64,000 nt of DNA from assembly GCA_049602735.1 (NCBI GenBank), contig JBMYRW010000005.1, forward strand, positions 20,604-84,603. Direction: 5' to 3'. Shown piece by piece: positions 17,301 to 25,643 of this stretch (its first letter is position 1; each line of letters starts with the position of its first letter). The position numbers and the translations under genes were made by a program. The DNA comes from Thermoplasmatota archaeon (lineage in GTDB: Archaea; Thermoplasmatota; E2; JACPAO01; JAHFTW01). The notes beneath the pieces were generated by a model, which did not search any database, was not told where the DNA came from, and worked only from the letters and a program-made list of their open reading frames with translations.

Positions 17301-18289
17301 CTCGGCTGGGCGTGGCGTTGCTGGCGTTGTGGCGCCTGGGCCGCCCAGAGGCCTGGATGGTCTCCATTCTGCCCTTGGCCACCGGGCACCTTCTGGCGAG
17401 CCGCGAACTCCTGCCCGGCCTGGAGATCTGGACCACGTTCTGGCACCTGGCGTCCACACAAGGCGCCACCACGGCCGTGTTCCGCGACGCCCTGGCCGAC
17501 TGGTGGTCCCAGGCCGACCGGTTCGTGCTCGGCGCCGTCGTCTTCGGCCCTCTCCTCTGGATTCCGACGCTCCTCTGGAACGACGTCCACGACCTACCCG
17601 GCGACCGGCTGAACCCCCGCAAAGCGTCGAGCCCTCTCGTGCAGGGCATCGTCGCGGCCGGCTGGGCCAACGGCGTCGCTTGGATCGGCGCCGCGGCATG
17701 CCTCACGGTCTCCTGGTGGATCGACCCCGCCTTCGCCGCCCTGACGGCCGCCTGCCTCCTGTTGGCCTGGCTCTACAGCGCCCCGCCGGCCCGCCTCAAG
17801 ACCCGCCCTGGTGCCGACGTGGCCGTCAATGCCGTGGGCGTGGGCCTCCTCTCGGCCCTGGCCGGTTGGAGTATCGCCGCCCCGCTCGCCGGCTTCCCGT
17901 GGCTCTTCGCGCCGCAGGGACTCCTGGTCGCGGTGGCCGTCTACGTCCCCACGACGCTGGTGGACAGGCCCTCCGACGAAGCGGCCGGCTACCTGACGCT
18001 CGCCACCCACCTGGGAGAGCGACGGGCCTACGCGATCGGCTGGTCGGCCTGGGTCGCCTGCAACCTCGGAGCCCTGGCCCTCTCCTGGAACGACCAGATC
18101 CTCCCCCGCGCCATGTTCCCCCTGCTCCTTCTCTTCGTGCCCCTCCTGTTGTGGCAGTACCATCGCTTCATCGGCGGCGCCCGCGACGGCCCCGCCCGCG
18201 TCGAAGGCATCATCCTTGTCAGCCTCACCTTCGCCGCCGTCAACGCGGTCTTCGCCCTGCTGTACACCGGGCTCTGGGTGCCTCAATGA
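17282..18289 (+). CDS. UbiA-family integral membrane prenyltransferase
   Basis: First Asp-rich motif NDVHDLPGDRLNPRK, second LVDRPSDEAAGY. About 8 hydrophobic helices. GTG start at 17282. Confidence 0.8.
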   Translation: MEEQEPPRLGVALLALWRLGRPEAWMVSILPLATGHLLASRELLPGLEIWTTFWHLASTQGATTAVFRDALADWWSQADRFVLGAVVFGPLLWIPTLLWNDVHDLPGDRLNPRKASSPLVQGIVAAGWANGVAWIGAAACLTVSWWIDPAFAALTAACLLLAWLYSAPPARLKTRPGADVAVNAVGVGLLSALAGWSIAAPLAGFPWLFAPQGLLVAVAVYVPTTLVDRPSDEAAGYLTLATHLGERRAYAIGWSAWVACNLGALALSWNDQILPRAMFPLLLLFVPLLLWQYHRFIGGARDGPARVEGIILVSLTFAAVNAVFALLYTGLWVPQ

Positions 18290-18358
18290 GCCGGAAAGAA
18301 TAGAACAGGTGTTGGCCTGTTCCTGGCTCTTCAATACTGGAACCGCCCTGTTCGGTGT

Positions 18359-18901
18359 ATGCGATTGCTGGTTGCATTGCTGGTTGCAGGCCTGTTTGCT
18401 GGATGTGCGGATGACGATCCCGAAGTGCAAGAAGCGTTGGCAACAGATGCGGCGACGTTCGCTCCTGGTGAGCTGTTGGCGTCCCTGAACGCCACGTTCG
18501 AAGGGACGTTCCTGGCGGGCATCGGTGTCTTCGGCTGCCCGAACGTCTACGCGGACGGATTCGCCTTCCATCCCTGGGAACTCGACATGGACCTGCCCAA
18601 CGGCACGGTCGCCGAGGCGGTCAACATCCACGTCGAACTGGAAGTCTTCGGCACCAACTTCGACAGCGACATGGTACTTCTGAGCCCGGAGGGGGAAGCC
18701 ATCAACCAGACGATGGCCTTCAACCCGGTCTCTGGGGCGACTGAGAGCCTCACCGTGGCCGGCCCCTTGCCCGCTGGCATCTACGAGATCTTCGTGGGCG
18801 GATGCACTGCTATCAACGGAGATTACCGCGTGACGGCAAGCGCCGAGCTTGTCGTGGCCGAAGCGATGGACCTGGTGGACGAGGAACCCGACTCCAGCTG
18901 A
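18359..18901 (+). CDS. Lipoprotein of unknown function
   Basis: MRLLVALLVAGLFAGC lipobox, with an acidic beta-rich body. Confidence 0.65.
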   Translation: MRLLVALLVAGLFAGCADDDPEVQEALATDAATFAPGELLASLNATFEGTFLAGIGVFGCPNVYADGFAFHPWELDMDLPNGTVAEAVNIHVELEVFGTNFDSDMVLLSPEGEAINQTMAFNPVSGATESLTVAGPLPAGIYEIFVGGCTAINGDYRVTASAELVVAEAMDLVDEEPDSS

Positions 18902-18955
18902 TGGTCCCCACCTGTTCGCAGCCTTCAAGGGGCGGCCCCCGCTCGCGCGGCCGAT

Positions 18956-21895
18956 ATGCAGGACGACTGGGACCTGGAGGCGCTCACCGAGGCGTGGCAA
19001 CAGAAGTGGTGGGAGGCCGGGCTGCACAAGGCGGACCGTCCGGTCGGCCCCGCGTCCGACGGGTCGGACGCGGGCGGGAACGCCGCCTCCGCTGGCGCGG
19101 AGCCGACGTTCTTTATCCACTTCGCCTACCCAGGCATCTCCGGGTACCTGCACGTGGGACACATGCGGGGCTTCACCTACACGGATGTGCTGGCCCGCTA
19201 CAAGCGCGCCACCGGCCACAACGTCCTCTTCCCCGCCGGTTTCCACGCCAGCGGCATCCCCGCCGTCGCGTTCGCCAATGACGTGGCTAAGGGGGAGAAG
19301 GACGACTACCTGCGCGACAACGGCTACAACGGCGATATCCAGGCCCTCTCGGACCCCCGCGCCGTGGTGGACTACTTCGCCCACGTCTACACCTACGACT
19401 ACTGGAAAAAGTTCGGGTTCCTCCTGGACGAGCGCCGCAACTGCACAACTGTCGACGAGGGGTACCAGCGCTTCATCCAGTGGCAGTTCAGGAAGCTGAA
19501 CGACCTTGGGTATCTCATCCAGAAGCCCCACTACGCGCCGTTCTGCCCCGAAGCGGGCCCCGTCGCCGTGGACAAGTCGGAGACCGATCTGAAGCAAGGT
19601 GGCAGCGCGGAGATCAACGAGTTCATCGCCCTGCGTTTCGCCGCGACGCTGGCCGACGGCACCGACGTGGTGCTGCCGTGCGCGACCCTGCGTCCGGAGA
19701 CGATCTACGGTGTCACCAACATCTGGGCCCATCCCGATTACGAGTACCACGTGGTGCGCGTGTGGCGGGATGGGGCCATCGGCGACGATGACCCGAGCGA
19801 GCTGTGGATCGTCAGCGAGCAAGGCGCCTTGAAGGCGGAGTGGCAGTTCGAGCGCGCGGAGCGCACGGACCGCCGCGTGCCTGCTTCTGATCTCATCGGC
19901 CTCACGGCGACGGCACCCATCACGGGCGCCCAGGTGCCGGTGGTGGCCGGTACGTTCGTGGACCCCATGATCGCCACGGGCATCGTCATGTCCGTGCCGG
20001 CCCACGCCCCCTTCGACTTCGCTGCTTACCGCGACGCCGGCCTCCTGGAGAGCCTGGGTGACCCGCCGCAAATCATCACCGTTGAAGGGTACGACGACCT
20101 GCCCGCCCGCGTGGCGTGCGACGCCCACGGTGTCACCTCCCAGGAGGATGCCGAGGCCCTGGAGGCCGCGACGGACCAGATCTACTCGGACGAGTTCAAC
20201 AAGGGCGTCTTCAACGAGCGCTGCGGCGACCTGGAGGGCAAGCGCGTCAAGGGCAACAAGGACAACCTGCGCGCCGCGTTCGTGGAGGCCGACCATGGGC
20301 GTATCATCCGTCAGTTCAGCGAGCTGGTGGTGAGCCGCGCCGGCAAGATCGTCGACGTGAAGCGCATCCCCGACCAGGACTTCATCCACTACGCCGACCC
20401 CGAGTGGACGGCGGCCGGCAAGGCCCACGCCGCCACCATGAACATCGTGCCCAAGCGCTTCGCCGAAGGCATCGATGACACGCTGGACTGGTTCGGTGAC
20501 CGTGCCTGCGTGCGCCGCGGCGCCTGGCTCGGCACGCCGTTCCCTTTCAAGGACGGGTGGATCATCGAGCCGATCGCCGACTCCACGTTCTACGCCTGGT
20601 ACTACATCGTCAGCCTGTACGTCAACGATGGCCGCCTGAAGGACGACGACCTCACCGACGCCTTCTTCGACTACGTCATCCAGGGCAAGGGCACGCCGCC
20701 GGAGGGGCCGGTCGGGGAGCTGTGGCGCCAGGTGCACGACGACGTGCGGTACTGGGGGCCCGTGGACGTCAACCTGGGCGGCAAGGAGCACCAGACGGTC
20801 CACTTCCCTGTCTACATCATGAACAACGTCGCCCTCCTCACGGGCGAGAACGAGCACCTGCGGCCCCGCGGCATCTTCGTCAACTGGTGGGTGACCCAGA
20901 AGCAGGGCGCCAAGATCAGCAAGTCGAAGGGTGGCGCGGAGCCGATCCCGGGCGCGGCGCAGAAGTACGGAGTCGACCCCATGCGGCTCTACTACTGCCA
21001 CGTCGGCAGCCCCCACGCGGACATCGAATGGGTGCCGGACCAGGTGCTCGACTACCGCAAGCATGTCCTGCGCCTCGGCCGCGTCGCCGACGAGCTGCTC
21101 GCCGTGGGCGGCACCGGCGCGGGGGCAGGCGAGATGGATGCCTGGTTGGAGGCCGCCATGGCCCGTGCCCTGCGCACGGCCGGCGATGCCTACGAGGCGT
21201 TCGATCTGCGCACGGTGGTCAACGAACTGGTGTACGCGGTGCCGGACCTGCTGCGCTGGTACCAGAAGCGCGGCGGCGCCAACGCCGACCTATTGGCGGC
21301 CACCCTGCGTGACTGGGCCGTCTCTTTGTGCCCCATCGTGCCCCACGTGGCGGAGGAGATGTATGCCCGCGCCGGTGGGACCGGGCTGTGCAGCGAGCAG
21401 CCGTTCCCGTCTCCGGCGGAGGCGGACACCTCGGTGCTCGACCGCGAGTCCTACCTGCTCACGTTCCTGGAGGATGCCAAGACGGTCCTCAAGCTGGCCG
21501 ACGTGGCGGACCCGGAGGCGCTCACCGTCTATACTTCCCCGGCGTGGAAGCAGCAGCTGCTACGGCAGGCCCTGGAGCTGGACGGCGACGGCAAGTTCCC
21601 CATGGGCCAGTTCATGGGGCAGATCATGCAGGACCCGGAGATGCGCAAGCTCGGCAAGGCGGTCCAGAAGTACGCGGGTAAACTGCCGGGCCTGGTCAAG
21701 CAGCTCGCGCCGTGGCAGGCCGCCCTCGTGGCAGGCGGCGACGAAGCGGGCGCGCTGACGGCGGCTTCGGGCTTCCTGGCGCAGGAGCTGGAGGTCCCCA
21801 TCGTGCGGGTCCATGCGGCCGATGACGAGGCTGCGCCGGACCATCCCAAGCGTGGCGTGGCGGAGCCGCTCAAGCCTGGCCTGGCGTTGGCCTGA
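18956..21895 (+). CDS. leuS: Leucyl-tRNA synthetase (archaeal type)
   Basis: Class I signatures: HVGHMRGF is HIGH-like and KISKSKG is KMSKS. 979 aa, with an editing-domain-sized insert. Confidence 0.95.
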   Translation: MQDDWDLEALTEAWQQKWWEAGLHKADRPVGPASDGSDAGGNAASAGAEPTFFIHFAYPGISGYLHVGHMRGFTYTDVLARYKRATGHNVLFPAGFHASGIPAVAFANDVAKGEKDDYLRDNGYNGDIQALSDPRAVVDYFAHVYTYDYWKKFGFLLDERRNCTTVDEGYQRFIQWQFRKLNDLGYLIQKPHYAPFCPEAGPVAVDKSETDLKQGGSAEINEFIALRFAATLADGTDVVLPCATLRPETIYGVTNIWAHPDYEYHVVRVWRDGAIGDDDPSELWIVSEQGALKAEWQFERAERTDRRVPASDLIGLTATAPITGAQVPVVAGTFVDPMIATGIVMSVPAHAPFDFAAYRDAGLLESLGDPPQIITVEGYDDLPARVACDAHGVTSQEDAEALEAATDQIYSDEFNKGVFNERCGDLEGKRVKGNKDNLRAAFVEADHGRIIRQFSELVVSRAGKIVDVKRIPDQDFIHYADPEWTAAGKAHAATMNIVPKRFAEGIDDTLDWFGDRACVRRGAWLGTPFPFKDGWIIEPIADSTFYAWYYIVSLYVNDGRLKDDDLTDAFFDYVIQGKGTPPEGPVGELWRQVHDDVRYWGPVDVNLGGKEHQTVHFPVYIMNNVALLTGENEHLRPRGIFVNWWVTQKQGAKISKSKGGAEPIPGAAQKYGVDPMRLYYCHVGSPHADIEWVPDQVLDYRKHVLRLGRVADELLAVGGTGAGAGEMDAWLEAAMARALRTAGDAYEAFDLRTVVNELVYAVPDLLRWYQKRGGANADLLAATLRDWAVSLCPIVPHVAEEMYARAGGTGLCSEQPFPSPAEADTSVLDRESYLLTFLEDAKTVLKLADVADPEALTVYTSPAWKQQLLRQALELDGDGKFPMGQFMGQIMQDPEMRKLGKAVQKYAGKLPGLVKQLAPWQAALVAGGDEAGALTAASGFLAQELEVPIVRVHAADDEAAPDHPKRGVAEPLKPGLALA

Positions 21896-22164
21896 CGGGT
21901 CAACGTGAACGGGTTCGTTTCACGTGAACCCATGGGGCCATGGGGTCGCCTTGGCCCCACCAGGTTTCATCTGCAACGATCCAACAGGCCAACGCCGTCC
22001 TCCTCAAAACAACCTCGTGCGGGGGGTTTGGGCAACGACCCATAGAGGTTATATAGGCTTCAGAGACCTAACATTGGTTGTACGGAGCTGATTCCGTGAC
22101 CTCACCCGACTGTACCACCGACACCCACGAGTACTTCTACTGGTAATCCACCCGAAGCGTCGCT

Positions 22165-22404
22165 TCAGGTGGAATCCTGCTCGTCCAACGGCACCTTTCC
22201 CAGCATCTTGGCGTACATGGCCGCTGGCGCCCCCTTGAGGGCCCGATTGAAGCGCGCCACGGCCGGCCCACCGCCGGCAAGCGCCTCCCGCTCGAGGCGC
22301 TCGAACTTGACGAAATAGTACACGAACCACACCGTGTACAACGCCGCCCAGGCGTACAGGGCCCAGATCCACCAGGACCACGTCGCCGGCTCGAAGGGGG
22401 CCAC
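22165..22404 (-). CDS. Small membrane protein (79 aa)
   Basis: Trp/Tyr-rich TM WSWWIWALYAWAALYTVWFVYYFV. GTG start about 26 nt from an AT-rich box. Confidence 0.5.
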   Translation of the reverse strand: MAPFEPATWSWWIWALYAWAALYTVWFVYYFVKFERLEREALAGGGPAVARFNRALKGAPAAMYAKMLGKVPLDEQDST

Positions 22405-22426
22405 GACCGTGCCAGCCTGGCAGCGG

Positions 22427-22433
22427 ATTTAAG
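22427..22433. promoter_or_regulatory. Single TATA-like box (ATTTAAG) centred in a 56-bp divergent intergenic region
   Basis: Lies about 26 nt from GTG 22404 (minus gene) and about 31 nt from ATG 22461 (gdhA). The spacing fits leaderless archaeal promoters. Confidence 0.4.
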
Positions 22434-22460
22434 AGGCGAGCGCTTGCGCGGCCCGTTCGC

Positions 22461-23753
22461 ATGGTGGACGACGAAGCCCCCACGCAGATGAATCCGTACG
22501 AGATGGCCAAGGTGCAGCTGCGCCACGTGGCCAAACGGATGAAGCTGGACCCCAACGTCCACGAGATCCTGCAACACAGCCAACGGGCCCTCGAGGTCTC
22601 GATCCCGGTCGTCATGGACAACGGCACCATCCAGGTGTTCAAGGGCTACCGCGTCCAGCACTCCATGGCCCGCGGCCCCGGCAAGGGCGGCGTCCGGTTC
22701 CACCAGAACGTCAGCCTCGACGAGGTCAAGGCGCTCGCCATGTGGATGACGTGGAAGTGCGCCATCGTCGGCATCCCCTACGGCGGTGCCAAAGGTGGTG
22801 TCGTCGTCGACCCCCGCGACCTCTCCCACAAGGAGCTGGAGAAGCTCGCGCGCCGCTACTTCAGCGAGATCCAGGTGATCATCGGCGAACACAAGGACAT
22901 CCCCGCCCCGGACGTCAACACGAGCGCCCAGACGATGGCGTGGTTCATGGACACCTACTCCATGAACCAAGGCCACGCCGTGCCCGGTGTCGTCACCGGC
23001 AAGCCGCTGGACATCGGTGGCAGCGAAGGGCGCGAGAAGGCCACCAGTCGCGGCATCACGTACTGTGTCCGCGAGGCGGCCACGGCGATCGGCCTGGGCC
23101 TTGAAGGCGCCACCGTGGCCATCCAGGGCTTCGGCAACGTGGGCGGCAACTGCGCCCCGCTGCTGCACGAGATGGGCTGCAAGATCGTCGCTGTCAGCGA
23201 CGTCAACGGCGGCATCCACGACCCCTCCGGCTTCGATGTCCCGGCCCTCATGAAGCACGTGCGGACCACCGGGAGCGTGGTCGGCTTCGCCGGCAGCACG
23301 CCCCTCCAGAACGCGGAGTTGCTGGAGCTGGACGTCGACGTGCTGGTCCCGGCCGCCCTGGAAGGTGTGATCCACAAGGACAACGCCCCCAAGCTGCGCT
23401 GCAAGATCCTGGCGGAAGGCGCCAACGGCCCCACGACCCCCCAGGCGGACAAGATCCTCACCGACAAGGGCATCTTCGTCATCCCTGACGTGCTGTGCAA
23501 CGCCGGCGGTGTGACGGCCAGCTACTTCGAGTGGGTGCAGGGCCTGCAGTCGTTCTTCTGGACGGAAGAGGAGGTCAACGGCCGCCTCGACCGCATCATG
23601 ACCAAGGCGTTCCACGAGGTCCAGGCGATCTACGAGCGCGAAAAGCCCAAGGACAAGGACCCCGCGCACCCGTTGACGATGCGCCAGGCGGCCTACATGC
23701 TGGGCGTCAAGCGGGTGGCGGACGCGATCAAGAAGCGCGGCATCTACCCATGA
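22461..23753 (+). CDS. gdhA: Glutamate dehydrogenase
   Basis: KGGVRFH, the catalytic region GIPYGGAKGGVVVDP, and the Rossmann motif IQGFGNVGG. Confidence 0.95.
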   Translation: MVDDEAPTQMNPYEMAKVQLRHVAKRMKLDPNVHEILQHSQRALEVSIPVVMDNGTIQVFKGYRVQHSMARGPGKGGVRFHQNVSLDEVKALAMWMTWKCAIVGIPYGGAKGGVVVDPRDLSHKELEKLARRYFSEIQVIIGEHKDIPAPDVNTSAQTMAWFMDTYSMNQGHAVPGVVTGKPLDIGGSEGREKATSRGITYCVREAATAIGLGLEGATVAIQGFGNVGGNCAPLLHEMGCKIVAVSDVNGGIHDPSGFDVPALMKHVRTTGSVVGFAGSTPLQNAELLELDVDVLVPAALEGVIHKDNAPKLRCKILAEGANGPTTPQADKILTDKGIFVIPDVLCNAGGVTASYFEWVQGLQSFFWTEEEVNGRLDRIMTKAFHEVQAIYEREKPKDKDPAHPLTMRQAAYMLGVKRVADAIKKRGIYP

Positions 23754-23832
23754 ACGGGACTCGTGTGGCGCGCTTCGTGAGTGATGCCGTGCCGTGTGGC
23801 GCGGCGGACGTCAAGAAGCGCGGCATCGACCC
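23728..23832 (+). repeat. 22-nt direct repeat (1 mismatch) duplicating the gdhA 3' coding end 83 nt downstream
   Basis: tcaagaagcgcggcatctaccc at 23728..23749 versus tcaagaagcgcggcatcgaccc at 23811..23832. An inner 10-mer gtgtggcgcg also occurs twice (23763, 23794). Confidence 0.8.
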
Positions 23833-23839
23833 GTAATCC

Positions 23840-24289
23840 ATGCCTCGTGGGCGGCGCAAGGATCCCTTGGACGTGGTCGAAGGGCCGGCCAAGCAGGCGC
23901 AGGAGGCGCTCCGTCGCCAACTCCTGGTCGTGGTCCGTTACCTGGCCCTGCCGCTCGTGCCGGTGTTATGGCTCCTGGTCGTCGCTGTCCGTGTGGCTGC
24001 AGCCAAGGCGGTCAACCGACGCCGTGGGCGTCGCGCGCGGGCACGCCCGGGATGGCGTCCGGTCTGGGATCAGGCCGGCGCGCTGCTGTTCTCGTTGCTG
24101 GTCCTCGCCGTGCTCTTCACGCTGCTCGTGGACCTGCTGGATCTCGTGGCTTCCCTGGGCGGCGCTGCTGGTCTGATGGAAGGCCCCTCTGGCCAAGGGG
24201 TGGCTGTCGTGGGCCTCGTGGCGACGGCGTGGGTGGCGGCCGTGCACATCTGGTACGCGGCGCTGGGCGTGCTGGATGCCGACGCGTAG
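23840..24289 (+). CDS. Membrane protein (about 3 TM), unknown function
   Basis: Hydrophobic segments LLVVVRYLALPLVPVLWLLVVAV, ALLFSLLVLAVLFTLLVDLL and VAVVGLVATAWVAAVHIWY. Confidence 0.5.
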   Translation: MPRGRRKDPLDVVEGPAKQAQEALRRQLLVVVRYLALPLVPVLWLLVVAVRVAAAKAVNRRRGRRARARPGWRPVWDQAGALLFSLLVLAVLFTLLVDLLDLVASLGGAAGLMEGPSGQGVAVVGLVATAWVAAVHIWYAALGVLDADA

Positions 24290-24459
24290 ACTCATACGGG
24301 GCTCCGAAGCTGCTGGCGCGGCCCCCGTGCCCTCAGTCCCCTGATGGCGCCCTACCTCGGTGGGGGAGAACGCCACGTGATCGGGAACGCTGCGGGGGCC
24401 ATCATCCACCCATCAGCGCCTTTGGCCCCTCTACGGAGCCGACGACAGCCAGAAGGGGA

Positions 24460-24702
24460 CTATTCCCACTCTTGGGCGTACTGGAGGTTCTCGAACTCTT
24501 CTTCGACCGAGAACTCGACGCCGCGACCTTCGCGCATGTGCTCGCCGGTGGCGAACTCCAGCTCCATGGTGAGCTCACGCAGCAGGCCGTCCAGGGTGCT
24601 GGCGGCAAGTTCCTTGTCGCCCTCGGTCTCGCTCCAGACCACGGCCACGAAGTTGCGGTTGGCGGTGCGGTGGACCTCAACGCGTGCAAGCGGTTCTTCC
24701 AT
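24460..24702 (-). CDS. Small acidic cytoplasmic protein (80 aa), unknown function
   Basis: ATG at 24702 lies about 30 nt from a TATA-like box. Plausible globular sequence ending EEEFENLQYAQEWE. Confidence 0.5.
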   Translation of the reverse strand: MEEPLARVEVHRTANRNFVAVVWSETEGDKELAASTLDGLLRELTMELEFATGEHMREGRGVEFSVEEEFENLQYAQEWE

Positions 24703-24727
24703 GGGCGAAGCGGCTGGATTGGGTCCG

Positions 24728-24736
24728 CTATTTAAC
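24728..24736 (-). promoter_or_regulatory. TATA-like box (minus strand GTTAAATAG) for the 80-aa gene
   Basis: AT-rich element about 30 nt upstream of ATG 24702 in an otherwise GC-rich spacer. Confidence 0.35.
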
Positions 24737-24854
24737 GGTTGGGAGAGAGGGGCCGCGCACGGCAGCCCCGAGGCTGCATCGGCCGGTGCAAGGCGGCCCC
24801 GCGCGGCGGTCGCAGGCCACAGACCCTTTAGTGGGGGCGGCTGCTGGCCGGGAG

Positions 24855-25643
24855 GTGCAACGGCGTGGTGGTGCGTCGGCCGCTGTCTGCCTCCTTGTGG
24901 CGGTGGGACTCAGTGGCTGCTTGGGTGACGACATCTGGCGAGAGCCTTTCGACTGGAACGAGAGCCTGTCCATCGGTGAGAACCTGGACGGCGCGCAGGC
25001 CCTGGCTGCCGCGGTGGAAGGCCTGGCGCCCCAGAGCCTCGAAGAGGTCGGCGAGGTCTTCGAGACGGTCGACGACCTGCCCAACAACGTGGTCTTCCAG
25101 AACCTGCGTGAGTTCCTGGAGCGCCAGAGCCCCGGCGCCGGTGATCAGGTGGACGACACGATCCGTCTGGCCACCGGCACGGCCAACGGCACGTACGTGA
25201 CCCTGGCGGGCGAGCTCGCGGCTGCCTACGAACAGGTCGCGGGGCCCTTGGGCGGCTCGCGCGAGCCCATCTTGTTCGAGGTGGCGGACCGCGCGACGAG
25301 CATCCGCTACGTCTTCAGTACCGTGCTGGCGCAGGAGTCCGCCGAACGCGGTCAGAACCCGACGCCGTTGGGCACCGTCGAGATGGTCCTGCGTGACCCG
25401 GACGGCCATGAACGGGCCCGCTGGCTCGTGGACACCACCCGTGAGATCCGCGACCAGTTCGTCGTGGGCACCTACGGGGGCCGCAACGAGGTCCGGGAGG
25501 ACCTGGGGGGCACGTGGAGCGTGGAAGTGAGCGCCAGCGGCGAAGGCAGCTGGGCCCTGGTCATCGACGCCCGTGAACCTCGCTACGACGACTACGAGTT
25601 CTGGCAGTTTTGGCGCGCCGAGCGCAAGGAGACACTTGCATGA
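24855..25643 (+). CDS. Lipoprotein translationally coupled to the downstream RND/MMPL exporter
   Basis: In-frame GTG at 24855 gives VQRRGGASAAVCLLVAVGLSGC (lipobox). Its stop TGA 25641..25643 overlaps the exporter ATG 25640..25642 (ATGA). Confidence 0.6.
   Translation: MQRRGGASAAVCLLVAVGLSGCLGDDIWREPFDWNESLSIGENLDGAQALAAAVEGLAPQSLEEVGEVFETVDDLPNNVVFQNLREFLERQSPGAGDQVDDTIRLATGTANGTYVTLAGELAAAYEQVAGPLGGSREPILFEVADRATSIRYVFSTVLAQESAERGQNPTPLGTVEMVLRDPDGHERARWLVDTTREIRDQFVVGTYGGRNEVREDLGGTWSVEVSASGEGSWALVIDAREPRYDDYEFWQFWRAERKETLA

Noticed and set aside
17301-17699. Track's longer 5' end (465 aa) for the minus-strand gene 16302..
   Set aside because: It would overlap about 400 nt of the UbiA prenyltransferase gene. 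The extra residues are Arg/Pro/Gly-rich junk.
17594-21064. 1156-aa minus-strand ORF
   Set aside because: Antisense to leuS (HIGH/KMSKS present on the plus strand).
21896-21960. Inverted repeats after leuS (ttcacgtgaa palindrome, ggggcca..tggcccc stem)
   Set aside because: Short stems are easily produced in GC-rich DNA. They are plausible terminator structures but not distinctive enough to call.
22040-22164. TATA-like ttatata (about 22048) followed by ~110 nt with a short palindrome (gaagcg-t-cgcttc): possible small ncRNA downstream of leuS
   Set aside because: There is no recognisable RNA family, no conserved structure that I can establish by eye, and the far end overlaps a small-gene stop. 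Left unannotated.
22137-23669. 510-aa minus-strand ORF
   Set aside because: Antisense to gdhA.
23761-23836. Possible box C/D sRNA (gtgatgc near 23780)
   Set aside because: The C-box is imperfect. There is no properly spaced D box (CTGA) and no terminal stem. The gene-end duplication explains the region better.
23794-24735. 313-aa plus-strand ORF overlapping 23840..24289
   Set aside because: The translation is Arg/Gly/Pro-rich without structure. The alternative frame (23840..24289) gives clean TM helices, and a real minus-strand small gene occupies 24460..24702.
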